DNA of 64,000 bases, from assembly GCF_009914755.1 (NCBI RefSeq), contig NC_060938.1; one strand, written 5' to 3'. The notes under the pieces were generated by a model, which searched no databases, was not told where the DNA came from, and saw only the letters and a program-made list of their open reading frames with translations. Position numbers and translations under genes: made by a program. Of this stretch, positions 24,145-37,221 are shown one piece after another (position 1 is the first letter of the stretch; each line of letters begins with the position of its first letter). Source of the DNA: the human T2T-CHM13v2.0 reference genome, Homo sapiens.

Positions 24145-24860
24145 GTGGAATAGTGTGATGGCCAAGGAGACAGCTTTGCTATTGTCAGACAAACCTGGGT
24201 TTGAATTTCCACCTAAATCTCAGCTCTACCACTTACCAGGTGTGTGACATTAGACAAGCTGCCTAACTTCTCTGAGCTTCAATTTCCTCATCTGTAAAAT
24301 ATAGATAAAATCGGAGGTAAAAAAGTGTTGTTAAGTATTTAATTGAGACAATATGATGATCCTGATAATAAAAAATGATGATGATAACCATGACAGCTAA
24401 GATTTCTTAGGCATCTATAATGTGTCAGACTTCGGGTCCTGCATTTTGTTTGTTTTATCTCATTTCATCTTGACTGCAGTCCTCTAAAGTATGTACCGTG
24501 CGTGTAACATGCTTGGCACAGGTTCCTGCACATAAAAGATGTTGGATATGTGATTCAGTCATCCATTCACTCATTCATTCATCTATTTACTCATTCTACA
24601 CATCATTTTTGAATGCCTACTGTGTGTCACGCATTGTGCGAAGTCCTTGGCTCCCTGGCATGTGCAGTCAAGGAGAGGAATGGTCATCCAACAACTAATT
24701 ATACAACTAATAAATGAATTGCAATTGGGCAGCTTTAAGAATACTGAGGGATGAGATCTGATTCCTGGCCAGGGGAATCTGGGCAGTCATTCTGGAGGAG
24801 GTGGCATGACCTGGTCCAGGAAGAACAGGTGAGCCTGGTAGTGAGACACTAGGAAAAGGC
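24145..24860. mobile_element. MIR and L2 fragment cluster
   Basis: MIR core tctgagcttcaatttcctcatctgtaaaat near 24270; L2 3' cattcattcatc...gaatgcctactgtgtgtc near 24570. Confidence 0.7.
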
Positions 24861-27129
24861 TTCCCAAGGAGAGGTCAGTGGAAGCAGAGCCATGGGAGCG
24901 GGAGAGCCGAGGGGATATTGAATGTCTGCCAGGAAACTTGTGGATTGATACAGGAGTCCATCAGGCTGGGCAGTGGGATGGAGGGCTGGCCAGCCACGTG
25001 ACGAAGGGTCTCAACTGTGGGGATGAGTGTGGGGCTTTATTCTGTAAGCCAAGAGACACCACCCTAAGTCCCAGAGCAACATCAACGGGAACTTGCTCTT
25101 CACTGGAGATGGCAGCTTGTTTGAAGTTCTGACTCAGCTGCTCATCGGCTGCATAACCTCAGGTGAGACATCTGACATTTTGAGCCTCAGTTTCCTCAAC
25201 AGTAAAATGGGGACAACACCACCCACTTAAAGTTATGAAGTTTAAATGAGACGGCATTTGTGAACCTCCTTTGCAAATGCAAAGCCCTGAGCACATGCAT
25301 AGTTACTTATTCTGACTGCTCCTGGCCAGTGGAATGGAAGGTCACACCCGGTGTCCTCTGATGTTCCTTCTGGTTCCAAAATCCCAATTCAGAAAGAGAG
25401 GGCAGGTCATGCCCAAGTTATGAATAGTGCCCAATAAGGATGGGAGAGCCTGACTCTATGAGTTGACCCGGACATCAAAACCACATATTGTTCTCGACAC
25501 CATAAAGTGTCTTGCAGAAAATCAGAGACTATTTCTATGTGTTTAGAGGAAAAAAAAATCTGAGAAGTTTTAACTAGCTTCCCTTAATTAATTAAGTAAG
25601 CCAATCAACTTTTTTTCTCATTGCTGATGATAACATTCCCTTGGTCTTTTCTAAACCTTGGAAGAGAAACAGACATTGCTTTGCTACGGCTCGGCAGGCA
25701 CTAGGATAGAAGGTTCAGTTTGTGAGGTTCCTTCCTGTTGCAGCTAGTTTTCATGTCGGGTTACCAGCAGGGTGTGTTAGGATGCTCCCGAGGGGGTCAG
25801 GTGAGGGACACAGGGTCACTCTCTTAGTGAGTCCTGTGAAACACTAACATTAACATATTAATTCACAAAGCTCTCAGTTAATGCCAGACCTCCAAATTGA
25901 ATCATTCTCTGTTGTTCTGATATGCTCTAAGATCTCTTTTGGATGGGAGAGTGTGAATGTAGTTGACTTTTAGAATCTGAGGTTATTTTATTTATTTTTC
26001 GAGTGTGGGCTTATTCCTGCTTTCACCTGACAGGTTCTCTAACACCGTGAATACCAAAAAGAAGGGATTCCACGGTGCCTTCAAAATGTACAGCTGTCTT
26101 TCCTCCCATGAAAGCCCAGGGATGGAGTTGGTTTACTTTTGAATGCTTCCCATTAGCACACACGGATGACATCCAGCCCTTGAACCATGTTTAATTGAAA
26201 ATGGCAAATAAACATTGCCCAGCCGGAGCTCCCGTGCCTGGAAGCTAAATTAAAAGGAAAAATGACCAGCTTCCTGACTGTCCACACGGCCTTTCCATAT
26301 GTAACGTGGGATGTTGCATTTGGAGTTGCATTAATTTTTTATCATTCCTTAGTAATTAACATTGTATTTCTGCTGATAAACCCCATCAATATGGTGATTT
26401 GATTATCACAACATAAAACTACTCATTAAACTCCAATTATGTTGCTCAGGTATAATTTGATTTTGATTGGTTAGAAAAATGCTGTTGTGTTGCCTTTTTT
26501 TTCCTACTCCCCCTTTTAAAATATCCAGTTAAGTGCTACATTTACAGTGCTGCTCATGTTGCAAGGCTTCTTTAGCGCAGGACATGTCTTACCATGTTTA
26601 CTAAGAACCCATTGATATTTAGGTGCCAACAGTGGGGATGACATTTATGCAATCTAATAGTCAGAAACCTCCAGATAATTCACCCTTCCCATCCCTGGTG
26701 GGAAGCTTCTGGTGGGAGTGATCATCTTTAAGGAAATAGGGGATCCAAGAAGCAATAACCAGTGATGATTCTTCCTGTGCTGAACAAACGGATGTGAGTT
26801 TCTGAGGACTATCAAATAGGAGGTCGATGGCATCAAAGCTGCCTTTTAAACTTGATTTTGCATTTATCTCTTTGGGGAATGGTGTGTGCACCCACACACC
26901 CTCTTCACACAAAGAATCTAATCTGGTCAATGAGCAACCGAGGCCCTCTCTTGGCTGCTTGACCCCTGTGAAGATATTGGCATCTTGAATGTCAGTTGAC
27001 TCTGCCACAAGAAAAGAAGGGTTTGGTCTGACAGGTTAAAACATAATTTGAATGTTCAGATTGTAATGTCAACGTTCAGCTAGTACGAGTCTGCAGGGCC
27101 AGGGAAGGGATGCTGTAGTAATGAGTTGA

Positions 27130-28020
27130 TTCATTTCACAGATATTTATGTGACATTTACAATGGACCAGGCACTGTATTGGGCCTGAAATCTAGGGACA
27201 GATGAGACTGATGAGGCTGCACGCTCATGGAACTTGCAGTCCAGTGGGGTCAAGGTCGTGACCGGGTGGAATCCATCAGGTCTGTCTGTCCTCCATGCTG
27301 TTCTTTGAACTCACCAGGCATGCCCCTGCCTCAGGGCCTTTGCACTGATGCGCCCTCTGCCTGGAATGCTCTACCCCGGGAACTTACCTGGCTCACTTCC
27401 TTGGCTCATCCATGTGTCTGCTGAGAAGTCGCCTTCTTGGAGATGTTTTCCTGATTTACCTAAATAAAATAGCAGCCTTCATCTGTACTAATCTCCTCAC
27501 ACTGAGTTATTTCTTCATAGCACTTAACACTACAAGATATTATGTTGTTTATATTTATTTCTGTTCACCAGTGGAACAAAAGTTCTGTGAAGGCAGTGAC
27601 TCTGTCAGGATTATTGTCATATCTGCAGCACCAGAATAGTGCCTGGCACTTAGGTGCTTTGTAAATGTTGTAAAGTGAATCAATGATTTACTCATCATTT
27701 CAGGTAATAAAATAAATCGGGATCATGTGAAAGTGACTGTTGATGGAGGAAACCCTTTATGTAAAATTGTCAGAGAAAGTCTCTGAAAAAATGACAGCTG
27801 GGCTGAGATCTGAATGACGCAAGGAATCCAGCCATTCACAGACCTGGGGAAAGGACGTCCAGGCCATGGAATTACAAAGGCAGAGGCCTTGTAGCAGGAA
27901 CAGGCTTGGAGCTTTCAAGGAACAGAAATAAGACCAGTGCATCAAGGGGAAGGTGGCAAGAGAGGAGGTGAGTGTGGGAGCCAGAGGCCGAGTCACGGGC
28001 CTTGTAGGGCTTCAATCCTG
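27130..28020. mobile_element. L2 fragments in both orientations
   Basis: cctgcctcagggcctttgcactg...gcctggaatgctct; gagatctgaatgacg...caaaggcagaggcc. Confidence 0.7.
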
Positions 28021-29397
28021 TAACCTGTGCACCTGGCCCCGCTTGGCCCTGGACTGCTCTGCCTCAGTCAGCAAGAGGACGAGGTCTCTGATCTGCCAGC
28101 AGAAGGAGATCTGGGGTGGTCAGTTTCCAGCTCAACTCCTCCCAGTCCCCCAGGACTTGCAGGCCCATCAAAGCCTGACTTCTGTGTTGCCTCCAGGACC
28201 TCTGAGCCCCCTCTGCCAGGGACTCATGGTTTCTGGTTGTCCTTGTGGTGTCACAGTGGTCCTTCCTTGGAAAGGTCTTGTGGGTGTTCATTTCTAACAT
28301 CTCTCTGAGCCTCTCCCCAGTGGCTTCCTATACTTGAGAGTAAGAGGCATCTTGCTCTTTCCCAAACTCCATAAACATCTATGTTGTCTATGTCTTTGAA
28401 CATTTGCTTAAGCCCCCCTTTTTTTGTCTGTCTGAACTTTCCAGCTCTTCTGTCTCTGCCTGGAAAATGTCAATTTCAACCCTGGGTCCAGCTCAAATGC
28501 CTTCTTTCCTTCAGTGGACCATGTCCCTTCCTCTCTAGCAAAACGAATTCTCTCTTCACTAAAATTGCAATGCTCTGTTACAGCATGTGCTGCTGTTTGC
28601 TGGTCTTACCTGCATCTCTCTTAAAAGAAATGTGAGCTCCCTGAGGGCAGAAGCCGTGTCTTCTTGGTCTCTGTACCTTCAGGGAATGACCGGTGGTAGA
28701 GTAGATGGGCCATTAGACAACAGTGGACCGCATGGGCCATCATGGTGTGTGGGTGGGTGGGTGGGGGTGATTTACCCGGTGCAGTAATCAGGGATGCATT
28801 CGCTGGAGGGAATTAAAGAACAGAAAAAACTAACACAGAGTCATCACCATGGCCCTGCAATTCTGAATGCTGTTGGTGACCAGGTGCTCCCCTGCTCTCC
28901 GATGGTCATCTTGTTTTCCCAATTCCACTTGGTCATTGCTGGTATAATGGCTACTGGTAGCTGTGAGTTGTTTTGTTTATTTGCACGGCCCACCACATTT
29001 TCCATTTTCTTTCTTTTGGCTTTTTGAGGAATTACATCCCAACTCAGTGTGGACTTTCTGGGCCTGACTATCCCAGGCTTCCACTCCCATCTACAAGTAT
29101 AGAACCTGATCCTTTCAGACCTAAGCAAGGTGTCTTGCTCAACCTACCTGGAGTGACTGGCTTAAAAATATACATGGAAAACTAGAGCCCTTCACAGGCC
29201 TTCCCCACCCACCCCACCGCTGGATATAAAGAGATAATATTACTTTTTTTCCTGTGGGGCATAATCTTTAACGCTGTTGGCTGGGGACTGACATGGGCTA
29301 TCTGTCCAGAAAGAAGGAATAAGACTGGCATGGGAAGAAAAGCCAAGAAGAATCAAGTACAAGCACGAAAGACTCTAGGACATTTTTTGAGCCTTTG

Positions 29398-31009
29398 TGT
29401 TATGGGATCTTTGGGGTGTCACTTTTCTGACTGGAAACCTGTGGCCAGTGATGTCTTTCCCTGAGTTTTGCTTGGGCCCGCTGTGTTCATTCTGCCCACT
29501 CAGCCTGGTAGGCTGCACTCAGCTCATGCTACCAGCCTGGATCCCATGCCTCCAAGGAAGACTGGAGTCAGGCACAGAGTGGTGAGGAGTGTGTGTGAGC
29601 AAGCATGGGATCTGAACACTGTGCAGTCAGACATGCTGGCTGGCTGTTATGGGGCAAGCAGCTCCAGGTGCTGGCATGGGTGCCAGCTCTCTGCAAGACT
29701 GCAGCTGGATTAGGCACACCACAAGTAGCTTCCCCAGCTGGCACTGGGGAATGCAGTGGCACCAGGAAGCTTGGAGACTTCAAGAACTACAGGGCCCCAA
29801 AGAGGAAGTCACAGTCCTGGCTTGGGGAGCTCCCACGTGTGGGCTCCCCAAAGGGCCACAGCTCTTCTCTCCTTCTCTTCACTCACAACATGGCAAGCAA
29901 GGGGCATGTTTCAGCCCTGTTTTTGTTACAGCCCTTTAAGCTCTGCCATTTGGTGGGTCCTGAGTTCTTGTATTATTGTGACTAGGAAGAATGATGTATG
30001 CAGACAAGTGGAGGGTGAGCAAGATGAAGGGGAGCTTTACTGAGCAATAGAACAACTCACAGGAGATCCACAGTGGGTAGCTTCTTTCCACAGCCAGGGT
30101 GTCTCAACTAGTGTTAAGCTCCTAGCAGAGATGAGACCCTATAGTGGGAAGCTCCTCTCCACAGGCAGGTCATCCTGTCATCTTTGCAGCTCTCAGCAGA
30201 CAGGAGGCCCTGGAATGGGTTGCTTCTCTTTGCAGGCAAGTCATCCCATCATCTTCCCAGCTCTCAGCAGAGAGGAGGCCCTGAAGTGGGTTGCTCTTCT
30301 CTGCAGCTGGTAGTCCTGACATCTCTGCAGGTCTCTGAAGCTCTCAGCAGAGAGGAGGCCCTAGAGCAATAGCTCCTCTCTGTAGCGAGTTGTCCTATCA
30401 TCTGCTCAGCTCTGGCTGAGCCTGGGGCTTTTATGAACCTCAGAGGGGAGGTCCATGAGTGGCCATGGGTGGGCCTGGAAAAGGCACTAAATGTTCCCAC
30501 TCTTGTCTGTGGGACTGGCAGCCCAGCCACCAGCCTTCAGACCCTCCCTGGCCTGAAAGAGGGGCCTCATTGGGGACCTGCCCCCTTCCACCCAGGAATC
30601 TGTCTGCATCCTGCTGCCGTTCTGGGGCTGGTCTCCAACTTTGCCCGAAGATTAGAAAGGGTACCAGAGTAGGGAGAGGCCAGGCAGTGGGAGCAGGCAC
30701 TTCCAATCCTGCGAGGGCAGTGGGGCCTTCCTTGGCCCCCAGGAGTGCAGGGATGCCTGAGTGTGTACTGCTGTTCCTTGCGGGGGGCTCCTCCCTGCTC
30801 CTTGGAGCAAGAGGCCTGGGTCTGCAGCCACTGTTTGGGAAGCTGCAATGCCACCCAGTGAGCTCCCACCCCAACATGAAAGAGATGTGGCTCTCACTTG
30901 TCCCTGGCTCCCACCTGCTCCATGGAACGTGCAGCCCCCACTGTACCTCCCTGCTGAAGCTGGTGTGATGGCGGCAGTGGCAGGCTGTCTGGAATGGCTG
31001 TTGCCATCA
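29398..31009 (-). mobile_element. MER52-family ERV1 solo LTR (about 1.6 kb) with an internal tandem array
   Basis: Ends tgttatgggatctttggggtgtc and ctgtctggaatggctgttgccatca match MER52 termini; perfect 4-bp TSD TTTG (29394-29397 / 31010-31013). Confidence 0.85.
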
Positions 31010-31624
31010 TTTGGATCCAATCAGGCCTGGGGACTTCCATTCTGGAATCAACTGATTCCTTTTCCTTTAAGCTAATTCAAGTTGAGATTCTTACATTCTC
31101 AACAGTAACAGGTCTAGGTCTGAATAACAAAAGTGTAGAAAATATTTTAATGCTTTTAGACATCTTCCAGTGATCTATCATCTGGAAATTTACTTGTGGC
31201 CAGATCTCTCAGGCAGATGTAGTGGCGGAACCCTGACACTTCCCTGGCAAAGCTTTTCTGGCTTAATTTTGCTCATGCGTGTTCTCTTGTGAAAAGATGA
31301 GAATGCTGGTGTTTTATGTGGTTGCCCCACGAAGCCCCTTCTAGAATGGTGTCTACCTGAGAAAGTTGGCCCATCAAAAGTCCAGTTGAGAAGGAATCAT
31401 GAGAATGAGCTGTCTTTGAAAAAGCAATAGGAAAGTATAGGGAAATTGAACTTTTCTCTACAAATACCTTTAGCTGACAAAGTAACATTTCACATTGTTG
31501 GTTCAGAATTTAAAGATGCAGTTGGCAAAGTTCTCTTTTTTACCCCTGCCATATTGCTACTGTTGTAGGGCTCCACCCTATGTCTAACTTGCAGCCACAA
31601 CTTGCCCCAGAAGGTCATGGTTAG

Positions 31625-32079
<455 letters not shown>

Positions 32080-32204
32080 TAACTCCTTAGTGGAGGTGTT
32101 AGACTCTCTGTTGGATAGGCTTGAACAAGATATAAGGAAATAACCACTTAAGGCTACACTTCTTGCCTAATTAGCCCATGGAAACCATATTTCCTCAATC
32201 CTTA

Positions 32205-32670
32205 TTCATTCATTTATCATCCATCCATCCATCCATCCATCCATCCATCCATCCACCTATCCATTCATCTACGCCCATTTATCCATCCCCCATCCATCCA
32301 TCCATACACCCACCAGCCTATCCATTCATCCCCCATCCATCCATCCATCCATTCATCCATCCATCCATCCATCCATCAACCTATTAATTAATCTACCTGC
32401 CTATCCATCCATTAATCCATCCATCCATTCATCAACCTATTTAATAATCTACCACATCTATCTCTCTCCCATCCATCCATCCATCCATCCATCCATTCAT
32501 CCATCCATCCATCCGTCTGTCCCTCCGTCCGTCCATCCGTCTGTCCATCCGTCCATCCATCCCTCCATCCATCCATACACCCACCCATCTATTCATCCGC
32601 CTATCCATCCATCTTTCCATCCATTCATCTACACATCTATTTGTTCATCAATCTCTCATCCATACATCCA
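32205..32670. repeat. Degenerate (TCCA)n / (CATC)n repeat
   Basis: Read directly. Confidence 0.95.
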
Positions 32671-33192
32671 CAAATCATGGTGACAATTGGGGTCAACTAT
32701 TTGAGGGGCCTAGCTTTCTGAGAGATGTACTTTGGGTGGGCTGAGAAATCCTACTCCCAGTCTGGATTCTTGCTTGACTTGGAGCAGTCCTAAATATGAG
32801 ATCTGCAAAACAATTTGCCCACAGTTGTCTGAAGAAACAGTATACTACCACTACTCTTCTCCAGTTTATGAATAAGGAATGAAAAAAAGAAATTGGATAT
32901 GATGTGGAAGTCATTTGGGATATTATTTTTACCTATCAGGTTGACAAAATTAAAGAGTGTTCATCAGGCTGTATTGTAGAATAACAAACATTGTTGGTGG
33001 GGAATGTGATTTGCTGTGGACTTTTCAGGGGATACTTTTGTTAGATCTATCAAGGTTTTAATTGTATGGGCTCATTGACACAGTTATTCTATTGTTAGAA
33101 ATTTTCCTTAAAAGTATGCCCAAAAACTGATAAAAGAATATTTCTTTGGGCATTGTTTATAAGAACACAATCCTTAAAACAACCTAACTGAT

Positions 33193-33548
33193 TGATATGG
33201 TTTGGCTGTGTCCCCACCCAATTCTCATCTTGAATTGTAACTCCCACAATTCCCACATGTCATGGGAGTAACCCAGTGGGAGGTGATTGAATTATGGGGG
33301 CGGGTCTTTTCTGTGCTGTCCTGTAATAGTGAATGAGTCTCACGAGATCTGATGGCTTTAAAAACGAGTTTGCCTGCACAAGCTCTCTTCTCTTGTCTGC
33401 CACCATATGAGACGTGTCTTTCACCTTCCGCCATGATTGTGAGGCCTCCCCAGCCATGTGGAACTGTAAGTCCAATAAACCTCATTCTTTTGTAAATTGC
33501 CCAGTCTTGGGTATGTCTTTATCAGCAGCATGAAAATGGACTAATATG
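33193..33548 (+). mobile_element. THE1B solo LTR
   Basis: tgatatggtttggctgtgtccccaccca...gcagcatgaaaatggactaata; perfect 5-bp TSD CTGAT (33188-33192 / 33549-33553); AATAAA at 33474-33479. Confidence 0.92.
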
Positions 33549-33617
33549 CTGATCATTAATAGTAGACAAGTTAAATAAGTTATGGCATATGCATTCAGTA
33601 CAATTCTCTCTAAGTGA

Positions 33618-34060
<443 letters not shown>

Positions 34061-34127
34061 TGAATGGATGAACTAACCATGGTTTAGTCACACAACAGAA
34101 CATTATGAAGCAATTGAAATGAGTATC

Positions 34128-34498
34128 TGTTATGGATGAATGCTTGTATCCCACCCAACTCATATGTTGAAATCCTAACCCCTAAGGTGGTGATACTAGG
34201 AGGTGAGGCCTTTGAGAAGTGATAAGATCATGAGGGTAGAGCCTTCAATGAATGGGATTAGTGCTCTTATAGAGGAGACCCCAGAGAGCCCTGTTGTCCC
34301 TTTCACCATGTGAGGACACAGCCCAAAGATGCTGTTTATGAACCAGGAAGTAGGCCTTCACCAGACACTGAATCACCAAACACCTTAATCACCAGACAAT
34401 TTGATCTTAAACTTACTGGCCTCCAGAACTGTGAGAAATAAATGTTTGTTGTTTAAGCCACCCAGTGTATGGTACTTTTGTTATAGTAGATTAAGACA
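34128..34498 (+). mobile_element. MLT1A0-like solo LTR
   Basis: tgttatggatgaatg...catatgttgaaatcctaacc...gattaagaca; near TSD gtatc/gtgtc. Confidence 0.85.
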
Positions 34499-34777
34499 GT
34501 GTCTTAGATCTATTTACATCAATATGAATGAATTATTATAAGTATGTTTACTGAGAAAAGCAAATTCTAGGAAGATATAGTTGATATCATTCTATTTACG
34601 CAACATGAAATCCACATACACAAAATCACAATATATTGTTCTTGACTATAAGTCCATGTAGCACAATTACAAAAATGTTCATTAGAATCATACATACCAA
34701 ACTTCAAGATGGTGGCTACTTCTGGGGAGGGGACAGGATATGGAACTTGGGGGTTTTACCTGTATCTCTGTTGTTCA

Positions 34778-34930
34778 CCCCTCCCTCCCTCCCTCCTTCC
34801 TTTCCTTCCTTCCGTTCCTTCCTTCCTTCCTTTCTTCCTTCCTTCCTCCCTTCCTCCTTCCTTCCTTCTCTCCCTCTCTCCCTCCCCCATCCATCCCTCC
34901 CTTTCTTCAGTTTCTTTCTTTCTTTCTTCT
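34778..34930. repeat. Polypyrimidine (CCCT/CCTT/CTTT)n tract
   Basis: Read directly. Confidence 0.95.
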
Positions 34931-36867
34931 TGGATCTGAGGCAAATAAAATAAGGCAAACATATCTTAAATCTGGAAGATACATACATGGATGTCTGTTA
35001 TATTATTTTCTGTATGTTTGAAAAATTTTGCAGAAAGCCAAATATATTATGTTTCCCTTTTGAGTAAGCATATGTTAGTATAGACGCTGGTATCAGTGTA
35101 AAAAATGTTGTTTTCTTGGTGAGATACACATGGAACTGTTAGCAAAGTGTAGCTTTAGGGGGAGATGAGGAGTCAGGTTTGCAGGAGGGATGGAGAGAGA
35201 GATTTTTGCATTTCATTTCATTCCTTTCTGGACTATTTGAATAATTTAAGATATGTGCACTGTAGTTCCCATTCATCCATCCATCCATGCACCCATTGCT
35301 GTATTTATATCCAACATGGGTTATCTGGTTGTTGGGGATAACATTTTTGTTCTATTCTTTAAATTTATCTAATCAAAAACCTAGTCAATGTTACTTAAAC
35401 ATAATAATCATTTACAATTGCTATTTTAATAGAAATTTATAATTCTTCTCTGACAACTTTTCATTCTGAGTTTTAACTGAGCCCAGCCCTGATGATAGAG
35501 GAAAGGAGATTTTATCTGTTAGTTTGCTTTGTATTTGAAAGGCCAGAAAGACCCCTTGAGATGACTAATCCAGTTCCTCATTTCAGATGGGGAAATTGAG
35601 GCTGAGAGAGGTTAGATTTGGATTAACGTGAAACTTAGCCCTTTGTGAGGACAGAGTGATACTTTCAAAGGGCCTCTCCATAATCAGAGCAAATGGGAAA
35701 GTCTCCCTCTCTCCGCCTGTGCCTGCCTGAGAATGGGTAAGAGAGAGGGGAATCAGGACTAAGGCCATTTTCTCGAGTGTCCAGATGATTGCTTTGGGAC
35801 TGTCTGTCTGTCAGTTGGTGGCAGGCCTGTCTTTGCTCCCACGTGGAATCGGCAGCACCCCATTTGGCTGTGTGTATTCATGCGTCCCTTGTACAGGGGA
35901 GTCCATGTGGAAAGACACTGAGCAGATAGCTACAGCTGTTGTCACTTACACTCCAGAGAACAATTCCAGGAATTAATGGCTTCTAATCCTGCAAATAAGG
36001 TAGATACAGCACAGTGTTAGATTCCAAGCTGCCAGGCGCAAGCCATTGCTCTTATTTCATAAATATGCTTATAAGGACATGCTCTAATCGCAGGGCCTCC
36101 TCGATCTCCCCCTCCTGCAGCTAAGGCCCAAGGCCTCAGGCACCTTCCCAGACCAGGGAATAAATGAAGTCAATTAAATCTTTAAAGAAACTCCTTATGA
36201 GACAGTGTCAACAGATAATCAGAAAAGCTTGCAAGGAGTCCTGATACCAATTGCTTTAGATAGCTTTAAAAAGCAAAGTAGCAAGGATCAGATCCTTCAC
36301 TGTAACAATCTTTCATTTTAATAATAGCCTTTATGTACTACAATACGAAGTATCAAAGTCTATTAAATATAATGGGCTGATCCTTCCAGGGATACAGAAG
36401 CAAATGAGTCCTTCTTTGGAGGTAGTTTAGCAATTTTGGGCTTTTAAGGCTTTACTTTAGCCCTTTGGTGGTGGAATTTACAAACAGGTTGGTTCTAGTC
36501 TGCCTGGCTTTTTGTTCACGTTCTGGGATCACCCTGGTAGGAAGGTGCTCCAGGGGCAGAAAAGACCTGGCTCAGACTGTGAGGGCTGGGGTAGATGGTG
36601 AGATTTGCCAAGGAGAGAGAGCAGCTACTGGGAGGTGACCGGAAGGCTGGGCAAGGTTGTGGGGAGTAAAGAAGGGGAGCAGTTAGCGCCAGGGTGGTGG
36701 GGGAGAGCAAGACTACTTAATGACCTACCAGGCCAGGGGTATGGGAAAGCAGCTTGGCTTTGGGGCATGGCCACCCTTCCTTACTCCAAGATGCCCTTCC
36801 GAAGCATATATAATTCTCCGCCATAATACCACTCTGAGGACTCACAGGCACTGCCCTGGAATTTATC

Positions 36868-37221
36868 TGATAAACGTTTGGCTCTGAGTTCCCACACAAA
36901 TCTCATCTTGAATTGTACTCCCATAATTCCCACATGTTGTGGGAGGGATCCAGTGGGAGATAATTTGAATCATGGGGCGGTTTCCCCCATACTGTTCTTG
37001 TGATAGTGAATAAGTCTCATGAGATCTGATGGTTTTATCAGGGGTTTCCACTTCTGGATCTTCCCCATTTTCTCTTGCCGCCACCATGTAAGAAGTGCCT
37101 TTCACCTCCTGCCATGATTCTGAGGCTTCCCCAGCCATGTGGAACTGTAAGTCCAATTAAACCTCTTTTTCTTCCAGTCTTGGGTATGTCTTTATCAGCA
37201 GCGTGAAAATGGACTAATACA
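36868..37221 (+). mobile_element. THE1A solo LTR
   Basis: THE1A-type gggagataatttgaatcatggggcggtttcccccatactg and ttttatcaggggtttcc; ends ggactaataca; near TSD tttatc/tttctc. Confidence 0.9.

Noticed and set aside
29397-31075. Cluster of overlapping 60-169 aa ORFs
   Set aside because: They lie essentially within the GC-rich MER52-like LTR and show no gag, pol or env motifs
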